Part shown: positions 21,840 to 30,432 of the stretch, piece after piece
Numbering within the stretch: position 1 is the stretch's first letter
Layout: every line of letters begins with the position of its first letter
Translations under genes and position numbers: made by a program
Notes under the pieces: model-generated
What the model saw: only the letters and a program-made list of their open reading frames with translations
The model's database searches: none
Told to the model about the DNA's origin: nothing
Source: Acidimicrobiia bacterium
GTDB lineage: Bacteria > Actinomycetota > Acidimicrobiia > Spongiisociales > ZC4RG35
Assembly (NCBI GenBank): GCA_035706345.1
Contig: DASSVE010000163.1
Span: 12,095 to 76,094 of the forward strand
Direction: 5' to 3'
Length of the DNA stretch: 64,000 nt

Positions 21840-22664
21840 TCAGGTGGGGACCACGTGATCCCCTAGACGCCGGACTTTCCCCTCCAGCTCGAGACGTCCC
21901 AGTTTGACCAGCGTCTCGGTCACCGTGAGCGACCACAGGGCGGGGAGATCGTTCAACTGGACGCCCTCGGCGGGGATGCCGTGGTCGGGGTCGGTCAGTC
22001 TGGCAGGCGGGCCCATCACCAGACTCAGCTCGTCGATCAGGTCGGAGGCGCCCAGCACCGGGTGCGCCCCGTCCCGGATCAGCCGGTTGCACCCTTCCGA
22101 CATCTCCCGATCCACGTCCCCGGGAACAACGAACACCGGTCTCCCCATCTCGGCGCCGAGACGGGCGGTGATCAGGGCGCCTCCAGTCACAGCCGCCTCG
22201 ACCACCACGATGGCATCGGACATGGCGGCGATGAGCCGGTTTCGGGCCGGAAACCTCCACCGATCCGGTGGTGTCCCCGGCGGGTACTCCGAGACGATGG
22301 CGCCACGGCAGGCGAGGATCTGGTCGTAGACCGGCTGGTTCTCCCTCGGGTAGCAGTGGTCGATGCCCGATCCGAGCACCGCCACGGCGTGCCCGGTGAG
22401 GCGGAGCGTCCCCCGATGGGCCGCGGTATCGATCCCCCGCGCCAGCCCGCTGACGGTGCTCCACCCCGAGCGGGCGACGGCCGACCCGAAGGCCTCGGCG
22501 AGGTCGATGCCGTACCTGGTGCATCGTCTCGTCCCGACCACCGCCACCGCCGGGACCTCGCTGAGCGCTCCCATCACCCAGATCGGCGGCGGGTCCTCAA
22601 GGTCGTGGAGACCTGCGGGGTAGCCCTCCCCGCCCGGCTCCACCCGGAGTGGCCCGTTCACCAC
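21840..22664 (-). CDS. dprA: DNA processing protein DprA (short form, about 274 aa: Rossmann-fold DprA domain plus C-terminal winged helix, no N-terminal SAM domain). Probable GTG start overlapping the comM stop.
   Basis: VAVVGTRRCTRYGIDLAEAFGSAVARSGWSTVSGLARGIDTAAHRG...RFPARNRLIAAMSD DprA core. The ORF-track entry 21840..24278 (812 aa) is an artefactual read-through in another frame over comM. Confidence 0.85.
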   Translation of the reverse strand: MVNGPLRVEPGGEGYPAGLHDLEDPPPIWVMGALSEVPAVAVVGTRRCTRYGIDLAEAFGSAVARSGWSTVSGLARGIDTAAHRGTLRLTGHAVAVLGSGIDHCYPRENQPVYDQILACRGAIVSEYPPGTPPDRWRFPARNRLIAAMSDAIVVVEAAVTGGALITARLGAEMGRPVFVVPGDVDREMSEGCNRLIRDGAHPVLGASDLIDELSLVMGPPARLTDPDHGIPAEGVQLNDLPALWSLTVTETLVKLGRLELEGKVRRLGDHVVPT

Positions 22665-24091
22665 TCCGCCCTCAGACCGATGGCCTCGGCCACGTGCTCG
22701 TCGCCGACCCGTTCGGCACAGGCCAGGGCGGCGATGGTGACCGCCACACGTCTCACCCGCTCGACACCGCGGGCGGTGAGCAGGGCGCTCTTGAGCGCTT
22801 CCGCGAGGAGTTGGCGCGCCGCGCGATCCGGCTCGGGAGGCTCCCCGGCGAGACGCCGCCTGGCCTCGGCCACTCGCCGCCTCACCCCGGCACTGTCCTC
22901 GGGCGCCGGCTCGCCGTCTCCGGCCGTCTCGAGACGGTCCACCTTGACCACCATGTCGAAACGGTCGAGGAGCGGCCCCGACACTCTCTGGCGATAGCGG
23001 CTGACTGCGGCCGGGCGGCACTCGCAGGGTTTGCGGCGATCGCCCCGGAACCCGCAGGGGCACGGGTTGGTCCCGGCCACCAGCTGGAAGGCCGCCGGGA
23101 ATGTGGCGGTCACTCCCCTGCGACCCACGGTCACGAACCCGTCTTCGAGTGGCTGTCGCAGGGTGTCCAGGTTGGCCCGGGGGAACTCGGCCATCTCGTC
23201 CACGAACAGGACCCCGCGATGGGCGAGACTCACCTCGCCGGGCACCACGACACCGGTCCCCCCACCGACGAGCGCGGCACGCGAGGCGGTGTGATGCGGG
23301 GCACGGAACGGTCGGGACCGGCTGATCCCCACTCGCAGACCGGCGGCGGCATGTATCAGTGCCACCTCCACGGCCTCCTCGTCGCTGAGCGGGGGCAGGA
23401 TCCCCGGCAGACGTCTCGCCAGCATGGTCTTGCCGCCACCGGGTGGTCCGTGCATCAAGAGATGGTGACCACCGGCTGCGGCGACCTCGATCGCCCTCCG
23501 TGCCAGCGCCTGGCCGTGCACCTCCCGAAGATCGCCTTGGGGGATCGTCTCGACCGGAGCCCCGGCGTCGGCGGCCGGGTGGCTGTCCAGACCGCTCCGA
23601 AGCACGTCGACCGCCTCGGCCAGAGATGCGACGCCATGGACACGGGACCCGGGCACCGTCGCCACCTCGGACGCCGCTGCCGCCGCCACCAGACAGGGCT
23701 GACCTGATCGTGCGGAGAGCACTGCAGCCCCTATCGACCCCGCCCCGGTTCGAACCGACCCGTCCAGGGCCAGTTCCCCCACGACCACCGCCCGACCCGG
23801 GTGAGGGATCTCCCGGGATGCGGCCAGGACTCCCAACGCGATGGCCAGGTCGAAGTCGGTGCCGGACTTGGGGAGATGTGCCGGCGCCAGATTGACCGTG
23901 ACCGCCCGGTTGGGAAAGTCGAGCCCCGAGGACACCACCGCCGCCCGAACCCGGTCCTTCGCCTCCCGCACCGCCGTGTCGGGCAGACCGCTGAGCTTGA
24001 ACTGCTCGTTCTGCTTCCCGACGTGCACCTGGACCTCGACCGGCCGGACGTCGCCGGATACCAGGGCCACTGAGGTGGTGGCCGCATACAT
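22658..24091 (-). CDS. comM: YifB/ComM family Mg-chelatase-like AAA+ ATPase
   Basis: N-terminal Lon-like domain (MYAATTSVALVSGDVRPVEVQVHV...GLPD), Walker A GPPGGGKTMLARR, Walker B LFVDEMAEF, C4 zinc motif CPCGFRGDRRKPCEC. Confidence 0.9.
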   Translation of the reverse strand: MYAATTSVALVSGDVRPVEVQVHVGKQNEQFKLSGLPDTAVREAKDRVRAAVVSSGLDFPNRAVTVNLAPAHLPKSGTDFDLAIALGVLAASREIPHPGRAVVVGELALDGSVRTGAGSIGAAVLSARSGQPCLVAAAAASEVATVPGSRVHGVASLAEAVDVLRSGLDSHPAADAGAPVETIPQGDLREVHGQALARRAIEVAAAGGHHLLMHGPPGGGKTMLARRLPGILPPLSDEEAVEVALIHAAAGLRVGISRSRPFRAPHHTASRAALVGGGTGVVVPGEVSLAHRGVLFVDEMAEFPRANLDTLRQPLEDGFVTVGRRGVTATFPAAFQLVAGTNPCPCGFRGDRRKPCECRPAAVSRYRQRVSGPLLDRFDMVVKVDRLETAGDGEPAPEDSAGVRRRVAEARRRLAGEPPEPDRAARQLLAEALKSALLTARGVERVRRVAVTIAALACAERVGDEHVAEAIGLRAEW

Positions 24092-24159
24092 GACCCGAAC
24101 GTACGACCCGGCCTCGCCGGGTTCTAGGGGGTCGAGTAGCGTGCAACAGCATCCGAACC

Positions 24160-24603
24160 ATGGCCATCCCCGGGCTCGAAGCTGCCATCGAAGAGGCACT
24201 GATCGGGCTGGACGAGGGTGGCATCCCGATCGGCGCCACCCTCGAGATCGACGGGGAGATCGTGGGCCGCGGGCACAACCAGAGGGTTCAGAAGGGGTCG
24301 GCGATCCGGCACGGCGAGATGGACGCCCTGGAGAACGCCGGACGGCTCGATGCCCGCTCCTACCGACGCTCGATCATGTACACGACCCTGTCCCCTTGTC
24401 ACATGTGCACGGGGGCGATCCTCCTCTACGAGATCCCCAGGGTGGTAATCGGCGAGAACCGGACCTTTCTCGGCGCCGAGGACCTGCTCCGCGCCAACGG
24501 CGTGGAAGTCGAGGTGGTCGACGATCCCCGGTGCGTCGCGATGATGATGGAGTTCATCACCGCCCACCCGGACCTGTGGAGCGAGGACATCGGCGAGATC
24601 TGA
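24160..24603 (+). CDS. Zinc-dependent cytosine deaminase of the yeast FCY1 type (CDA fold)
   Basis: HGEMDALE...SPCHMCTGAILLYEIPRVVIGEN...VVDDPRC...WSEDIGE. In my recollection this is nearly collinear with the FCY1/cytosine-deaminase core (HxE, PCxxC). Confidence 0.65.
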   Translation: MAIPGLEAAIEEALIGLDEGGIPIGATLEIDGEIVGRGHNQRVQKGSAIRHGEMDALENAGRLDARSYRRSIMYTTLSPCHMCTGAILLYEIPRVVIGENRTFLGAEDLLRANGVEVEVVDDPRCVAMMMEFITAHPDLWSEDIGEI

Positions 24604-24607
24604 GCGG

Positions 24608-26860
24608 TCATCGGGAGATGGCGGCGGCGATCCGCTCGGTCAGCTCCCCGATGTCGTCGAATCCTGAGGCCCTACGGGCGACATGGAAGGTGTCCACGAC
24701 TTCCCCTCCCCGGCTGTCGATCTTGGCCAGCCGGATCTCCAAGTCGCAGCCCTCCAGGACCGACAGGATCTCGGCGAGCCTGCCGATCCGGTCGGCGCAG
24801 CGGACGGTGAGCAGCAGGTCACCGGTGGCGGGGTCGATGCTCCCCCGGGCCACCGGGGCCGACCCCGGCGTGGAGGGATAGGCGGACGCCCGACCGGCGA
24901 GCCGGGCCGTCGTGTCGAGCTCCCCGCTCAGACCTGCTTCGATCTCCGTCTTCACCCGGTCCCATTTCTCGGGCCGGACCGCTCCCCCGATACGGTCGTC
25001 GCGAGCGCGGAAGATGTCGACCAGGAGCCCGTCGGAGCGACCCAGAAGACGCGCCTCGAGCACATCGATCCCGTTGGCGGCCAGTACCTCGGCCACCTTG
25101 CGGCGGAAGCCGGGTCGCTCCCAACCGGCTACCACCACGGTCTGGGCGGGGTCTCCCCCGGTGACGCCGATGTTGGAGACGCCGTCGATGCCGGCGATGA
25201 CCTCGAGATGCCACAGGACCTCCTCGGCCTCCATCCCCCTCAGGTAGTCCCCAGGCATCCCGTCGAGATGGCTCGCAGCCGTCGCCACGACACCGGCTGC
25301 GGCGGCCAGGGCCATCACTTCCTCCCGCGTGGCGGCCGACGTCGCCGGCTCGCGACCCTCCAAACGGGCGGCGCAGCGAATGAACAGGGTGCGCAACAAG
25401 GTCTCCTTCCAGGGAGACCACATCGCGGGCCCGGTGGCCCGGGAGTCGGCCACCGTGAGCAGGTAGAGCACATGGAGAGTGCGCAGGTCACCGACCGTGG
25501 CCACGACCTCGTCGATCACGGCCGGGTCGTCCAGGTCGCGGCGGGTCGCGGTCAGTGCCAGGAGCAGATGGTGTCGCACCGTCTCCGTTATCAACCGGGT
25601 CACGTCTTCGGAAAGCCCCATCCTCCGGCAAACGGCCTCGGCGGTGTTGGCGCCGGTCTCGGAGTGATCGCCACCGTGCCCCTTGCCGATGTCGTGGAGG
25701 AATCCGGTCAGGACCAGAGTCCCGGGGTCGCCGACCTCGGCGGCGACCTGTGCGTAGTGACCACCCCCCTCCATCAACGTCATCATCTCGTCCACGGTCC
25801 GCCATAGATGGGACGCCACCGGATGCTCGTGGAATGGCGCCAGCTGAGGAAGGAACCTGACCACCTCCCACTCGGGGAGGACCTCGGCCAGAGCGCCTTC
25901 GCGCCACGAGCGGTCGAAGTCGACCCGGCCCTGCTCCCCGGAGGAGAGGAGGGCCACGAGCCGCTCGACACCGGGTCTCTCGGATCCGTTGCCGGGCCGT
26001 CGTCTCCCCGCCGGTCGGGACCAAGCTCGTCTGGGCCGGTCTTCGATCACCTCGGGCCAGCGTCTGGCCGCCAGCAGGTCCACGGTCTCCAAAGCCTCGA
26101 CCAGTCTGGTGGCCACGTCGAAGGGCTCCTCGCCGAGCCAGCGCGCCGCCTGCTCCCGATAGTCCGGCGAGAACATGTCGTGGGCCCGACCCGCCACGGC
26201 ATGGAGGGCGTTGCGGACCTGGAGGAGGGTCTCCCTGGACTCCGCCTCCTCCTTGTCGTGATCCGTCGAGAAGCGCCCGATCAGGTCCTCACGACGCCGC
26301 TCCCACTCGAAGCCCTGCAGCGTGCGCAGGCCACCCCGTCCGTTCTTGACGTCGGTGGACATGAGCAGATAGGGGCTCTTGCGACGGCGCTCCCTCTCCT
26401 CGGAGACGAGGTAGCGGCGCAAGGGACGGGCCCTGGTCACGCCGACCACCTCGCTCATGAGACGGGTGAACAGTTCCTCGTCGCCGGTCACCAGACGACC
26501 GGTCAGCAACGTGGTTTGGGTGTCGAAGCTCTCCTTGGCCGCGCCCGCCGCCTCGCGCACCGTCCGCACCGCGTGGCCGACCCGGAGCCCGGCGTCCCAG
26601 AGAGGGCGAAACACGGCCGCGGCGACGTCGGAGGGGTCGTCGAGGGCGTGGAGGACCATCAGGTCCACGTCCGAGTACAGACTGAGATCGCCGCGGCCGT
26701 AGCCGCCGATCGCGATCAGGGCGACGCCGTCGGGATGAGGAGGAGCGAGTGCCCCGACGGCGTCGTCCATGGCCCTGGTGAGTGCTTGACAGACCTCGCC
26801 GCCCCCCCGGCCGGGTCGATCCCCCCGCAACGTCTCACGCAGGTCGATGAACCGGGCTAC
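24608..26860 (-). CDS. glnD: [Protein-PII] uridylyl/adenylyl-transferase GlnD. Start approximate; the ORF-track start 26989 would overlap glnK.
   Basis: Nucleotidyltransferase motif (GGYGRGDLSLYSDVDLMVLH), HD domain (HDIGKG), two C-terminal ACT domains. Lies downstream of amt-glnK. Confidence 0.88.
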   Translation of the reverse strand, partial: VARFIDLRETLRGDRPGRGGGEVCQALTRAMDDAVGALAPPHPDGVALIAIGGYGRGDLSLYSDVDLMVLHALDDPSDVAAAVFRPLWDAGLRVGHAVRTVREAAGAAKESFDTQTTLLTGRLVTGDEELFTRLMSEVVGVTRARPLRRYLVSEERERRRKSPYLLMSTDVKNGRGGLRTLQGFEWERRREDLIGRFSTDHDKEEAESRETLLQVRNALHAVAGRAHDMFSPDYREQAARWLGEEPFDVATRLVEALETVDLLAARRWPEVIEDRPRRAWSRPAGRRRPGNGSERPGVERLVALLSSGEQGRVDFDRSWREGALAEVLPEWEVVRFLPQLAPFHEHPVASHLWRTVDEMMTLMEGGGHYAQVAAEVGDPGTLVLTGFLHDIGKGHGGDHSETGANTAEAVCRRMGLSEDVTRLITETVRHHLLLALTATRRDLDDPAVIDEVVATVGDLRTLHVLYLLTVADSRATGPAMWSPWKETLLRTLFIRCAARLEGREPATSAATREEVMALAAAAGVVATAASHLDGMPGDYLRGMEAEEVLWHLEVIAGIDGVSNIGVTGGDPAQTVVVAGWERPGFRRKVAEVLAANGIDVLEARLLGRSDGLLVDIFRARDDRIGGAVRPEKWDRVKTEIEAGLSGELDTTARLAGRASAYPSTPGSAPVARGSIDPATGDLLLTVRCADRIGRLAEILSVLEGCDLEIRLAKIDSRGGEVVDTFHVARRASGFDDIGELTERIAAAISR

Positions 26861-26873
26861 CGGCCCGGTGTGA

Positions 26874-27212
26874 TCAGATGGCGTCGGTGCCACGCTCCCC
26901 GGTGCGGATGCGCACCACCTCCTCGACGCCGATGACCCAGATCTTCCCGTCACCCACGTTGTCGCTGCGGGCGGCCTCGGCGATGGCATCTACGATCTCG
27001 GCAACCGCCGGGTCGTCACACAGGATCTCCAGCTTGGACTTGGGCACGAACTCGACGTTGTACTCGGTGCCCCGATAGATCTCGGTGTGCCCGAACTGGC
27101 GACCGAAGCCGTTCACGTCGCTCAGTGTCATGCCGAGCACACCTTTCGCCTTGAGCGCCTCCTTGACCACGTCGACCCGGCTCGGCCTCACGATTGCTGT
27201 GACGAGTTTCAT
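26874..27212 (-). CDS. glnK: Nitrogen regulatory protein P-II
   Basis: 112 aa. MKLVTAIVRPSRVDVVKEALKAKGVLGMTLSDVNGFGRQFGHTEIYRGTEY T-loop signature (Tyr51). The ORF-track entry 26874..28088 is an artefactual fusion. Confidence 0.93.
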   Translation of the reverse strand: MKLVTAIVRPSRVDVVKEALKAKGVLGMTLSDVNGFGRQFGHTEIYRGTEYNVEFVPKSKLEILCDDPAVAEIVDAIAEAARSDNVGDGKIWVIGVEEVVRIRTGERGTDAI

Positions 27213-28450
27213 CATCCCTCCGATCGTCCTGCCATGCTGAAGCTGCCGCTGCTGTAGGCCGTCTCGGCATGCTCGGGGAGGTCCAGACCCCCGACCTCCA
27301 CATCCTCGCTGACCCGCACGCCGATCGTCGCCTTGAGCACCAGCATCAACAGCGTGGTCACGACGAAGCAGTAGACGATGGTGCCGGCGTTGCCCAGGGC
27401 CTGGGCGCCCAGCAGCTCCACCCCGCCTCCGTAGAAGAGACCGGGAAGGAAGTCCAAGCCGAAGAACTCGGGGTCGGCGAACAGACCGACGGCGAGCGAT
27501 CCGACCAGGCCGCCGACGAAGTGGACCCCGACCACGTCGAGGGCGTCGTCGTAACCGACCTTGGTCTTGAGAGTCACCGCGTAGCAGCAGATGACGCCGG
27601 CGATGAGACCGATCCAGATCAGCGCCATCCCCGACACGAACCCGGCCGCCGGTGTGATCGCCACCAGACCGGCGACGATCCCCGACGCCGTCCCCAGATT
27701 GGTGAAGTGGCCGTCCCGGATCCTCTCCACCACTGCCCAGGCGAGACCGGCGGCGGCGGCGGCGAGGAAGGTGTTCATGAACGCCTGGATGGCCTGACCG
27801 TTGGCCGCCAGGGCGGACCCGGCGTTGAAGCCGAACCACCCGAACCAGAGGATGCCGGTCCCCAGCATGACCAGCGGCATCGAGTGCGGCGGGTGTCCTT
27901 CCTTCGGCCATCCCCGGCGTCTCCCCAGCACGAGGACGGCGGCGAGGGCGGCAATGCCCGCGTTGACGTGGATGGCGGTGCCCCCGGCGAAGTCGAGTGC
28001 CCCCAGATCGGAGATCCACCCTCCGTAGACCCACTTGAACACCGGGACGAAGACCAGGAGGAGCCAGAGCGGGGCGAACAACGCCCAAGCCGCGAACTTC
28101 ATTCGATCGGCGACCGCTCCGGAGATAAGTGCCGGCGTGATCACGGCGAACATGCCGAGAAACGCCACCACCGCCAGACCCAGCCCTCCGTCCTCACCGG
28201 TGATCTCGAGACCACGCAGGAACGCCACGTCGAAGTTCCCGATCCAGTTCCCGTCGCCGGACTGAGCCAGCGAGTAGCCGACCACCGCCCAGATGACCGG
28301 GATGATGAGCAGGCACCAGAAGTTCATCATCAGCATGTTGAGAACGCTCCGCGAGCGATCCATGCCTCCGTAGAACAGTGCCAGACCGGGTGTCATGAAC
28401 AGCACGAGTGCCGCTGAGGTCAGCAGCCAGGCCACATCACCGGTGTCCAT
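27212..28450 (-). CDS. amt: Ammonium transporter (Amt family)
   Basis: 412 aa, 11-TM Amt signature (DFAGGTAIHVNAGIAALA...GWFGFNAGSA). amt-glnK-glnD operon. Confidence 0.93.
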   Translation of the reverse strand: MDTGDVAWLLTSAALVLFMTPGLALFYGGMDRSRSVLNMLMMNFWCLLIIPVIWAVVGYSLAQSGDGNWIGNFDVAFLRGLEITGEDGGLGLAVVAFLGMFAVITPALISGAVADRMKFAAWALFAPLWLLLVFVPVFKWVYGGWISDLGALDFAGGTAIHVNAGIAALAAVLVLGRRRGWPKEGHPPHSMPLVMLGTGILWFGWFGFNAGSALAANGQAIQAFMNTFLAAAAAGLAWAVVERIRDGHFTNLGTASGIVAGLVAITPAAGFVSGMALIWIGLIAGVICCYAVTLKTKVGYDDALDVVGVHFVGGLVGSLAVGLFADPEFFGLDFLPGLFYGGGVELLGAQALGNAGTIVYCFVVTTLLMLVLKATIGVRVSEDVEVGGLDLPEHAETAYSSGSFSMAGRSEG

Positions 28451-28503
28451 CGATCCTCCTCCCTTGGTTGACTCGGGGACGATCGAGATCTTGGGGCGGC
28501 CGT

Positions 28504-28519
28504 GTTACGTGCGCGTTTC
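28504..28519 (-). promoter_or_regulatory. Candidate GlnR-type operator half-sites (GAAAC-n6-GTAAC) about 60-75 nt upstream of the amt start codon
   Basis: On the amt strand the upstream sequence reads ...cgattcgtttgcacGAAACgcgcacGTAACacgg... Then a GGGAGGAGG RBS 6 nt before the ATG. Pattern match only. Confidence 0.25.
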
Positions 28520-28551
28520 GTGCAAACGAATCGACGATTAACTGGGGCCGC

Positions 28552-29352
28552 TCAGCGACCTTTCCAGTTCGGGTCCCGTTTCTCCAGGAAGGCGGTCACC
28601 CCCTCCACCACGTCCTCGGTCCCGGAGAGGATGGCCTGGGACTGACCTTCCCAGCTGGTCGCCTCGGCGAACGACGAGTGAAAGGAGGCGTCGATCCCCT
28701 GTTTGGCGAACTTCTGGGCGACCGGTGCGCCGGCCAGGAAAGAGGCTGCCATCTCGCGAACCCGATCGGCCAGAGCGTCGGGGGCCACCACATCGAGGAC
28801 GAGACCGAGACGGAGCGCTTCGTCGGCGTTCACCATCCGGCCCGACAGGGCCAGTTCCTTGGCCCGTTGCAGCCCGACGATCCTGGGCAGGAGCCAGGTG
28901 CCGCCGAAGTCCACCGTCAGACCCCGGCGGACGAAGATCTCCGAGAACCGGGCCCGGTCGGTGGCGATGACGACGTCGCAGCCGAGTGCCATGTTCATAC
29001 CCGCTCCCACCGCCACCCCGTCGACGGCGGCGATGGTCGGCTTGGTGATCCGGTGCAGGGCGGTGGCCGCCCGCTCCACCACCTTCATCCGGCGGTGGCC
29101 GTCGGCCACCGACATGGCGCCCCCGAACCGTGTCAGGTCGAGATCGGCCCCGGCGCAGAACTCACCCGCGGCCCCGGTGATCACCAGCACCCGGTCGTCG
29201 CCGTTCTCGAAGTCGATGAACGCCTCGGCGAGGAGGGGCCAGCCGTCGGAGGGAATGGCGTTCTTCCGATCCGGGCGGTCGATCGTCAGCCAACGCACTT
29301 GCCCTTCGGTCTCGATGTTGAGCCAGGTCACGTCGGTGACAGTAGACACCAA
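28552..29352 (-). CDS. Enoyl-CoA hydratase/isomerase (crotonase) family protein
   Basis: 266 aa. Crotonase-fold motifs (LTIDRPDRKNAI...VITGAAGEFCAGADL). Confidence 0.85.
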   Translation of the reverse strand: MVSTVTDVTWLNIETEGQVRWLTIDRPDRKNAIPSDGWPLLAEAFIDFENGDDRVLVITGAAGEFCAGADLDLTRFGGAMSVADGHRRMKVVERAATALHRITKPTIAAVDGVAVGAGMNMALGCDVVIATDRARFSEIFVRRGLTVDFGGTWLLPRIVGLQRAKELALSGRMVNADEALRLGLVLDVVAPDALADRVREMAASFLAGAPVAQKFAKQGIDASFHSSFAEATSWEGQSQAILSGTEDVVEGVTAFLEKRDPNWKGR

Positions 29353-29467
29353 CCTGGAGCGGTTACCGTCCCGGTGTGGGTTTCAATCCGTTCCGGGAGC
29401 ATGACAAGAGCACCCTCGACATAGTGCTGGTCGTCATCGCCCTCCTCGCCATCGTGGCCGTGATCTC

Positions 29468-29686
29468 ATGGGCGATCTTCGGAGGGTGACCGTCACCCCG
29501 GTCCAGCCGTACCAGGCGGTCAAGGAGTACCTCTGCCCGGGATGTCACAGAACCATCCCGCCTGGGACCTTTCACGTGGTGGTGGTCCCCGAGGACGAAG
29601 TCGACCTGCGTCGTCACTGGCACCACGGGTGCTGGCACAAGGAGTTGCGCCGGGTCTACGGCCGGTCTCAGGCGTCGCGCCGCTGA
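29468..29686 (+). CDS. Small hypothetical CxxC...HxxCxH zinc-ribbon-like protein (72 aa)
   Basis: CPGCHRTIPPGTFHVVVVPEDE...RRHWHHGCWHKEL. GC3-rich. The 3' end overlaps the ABC-permease gene convergently. Confidence 0.45.
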   Translation: MGDLRRVTVTPVQPYQAVKEYLCPGCHRTIPPGTFHVVVVPEDEVDLRRHWHHGCWHKELRRVYGRSQASRR

Positions 29687-30432
29687 AGACCCCACCAGGT
29701 GAGCCCGAGGCCCACCAGGGTCCACCCGGCCAGGATGGCCAGTTTGTGCCCCATGCTCAGACCCATCCCGGGGATGAGGCCGCCGAGACCGCCGCCAAAG
29801 TCCACTTCGAACAACGCCGTCGACGCCGCGGTGAGGGACACGTTCTCCCAGGGGTCCCACAGGGCCAGGAAACTCTCGGCGAAGTAGATGGCGAGACCGG
29901 CGCCGATGGCGGGGCCGACCGACCTGAGGAGTGAAACGGCCGCCGTCCCGACCGAGGTCCACGCCAGACTGATCAAGGCCGTCTTCCACAGGAAGTCGAC
30001 GAAGTCCTTGAAGGTCATGAATCCGTCGCCGGGGGCGAATATGAGCGCCATGACGATCCAGACGCCAAAGGCCACGACCGCGGCCACCAGGCTCGCCAAC
30101 GCGTATGTGAGCACGCGGGCCACGATGTGACGGCCCTTGCGCGAGTCCCGGGTCAGCGCCGTGGCCCACACGGTGGTGCTCAACTCCCCCCCGAGCAGGA
30201 CCACGGCCAGGATCAGCGGGAACCAGGTCTGGGTCGCCGCCTGCTGGGCGCCCAACACGTAGACCAGTGGCTTCTCGATCCGCGGGATCTGCTCGGCCGC
30301 CTCGGGCGAGATCTGCGGGAACACCACCAGGAAGAAGGCGGCCAGACCCACGAAGACCACCAGCAGCAGGATCATGATCGGGACCAGCTTGCGGTGGGTG
30401 ATCTTGCGGAACTCGGCTCGGAGAAGATTCAC
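29668..30432 (-). CDS. ABC-2 family transporter permease
   Basis: 254 aa, six predicted TM helices. 4-nt overlap with the upstream ATPase gene. Confidence 0.8.
   Translation of the reverse strand: MNLLRAEFRKITHRKLVPIMILLLVVFVGLAAFFLVVFPQISPEAAEQIPRIEKPLVYVLGAQQAATQTWFPLILAVVLLGGELSTTVWATALTRDSRKGRHIVARVLTYALASLVAAVVAFGVWIVMALIFAPGDGFMTFKDFVDFLWKTALISLAWTSVGTAAVSLLRSVGPAIGAGLAIYFAESFLALWDPWENVSLTAASTALFEVDFGGGLGGLIPGMGLSMGHKLAILAGWTLVGLGLTWWGLQRRDA

Noticed and set aside
20929-22524. 531-aa minus-strand ORF overlapping xerC and dprA
   Set aside because: It is an alternative frame over two well-supported genes. It is extremely Arg/Gly/Pro-rich.
21840-24278. 812-aa ORF spanning dprA and comM as a single giant protein
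   Set aside because: Only the C-terminal 274 aa is DprA. The upstream 540 aa is Arg/Gly/Pro-rich and runs in a different frame over the well-supported comM gene (22658..24091).
26874-28088. 404-aa ORF fusing glnK with an upstream Arg-rich extension
   Set aside because: The extension overlaps the bona fide amt gene in another frame and has a nonsense composition. The real PII is the terminal 112 aa.
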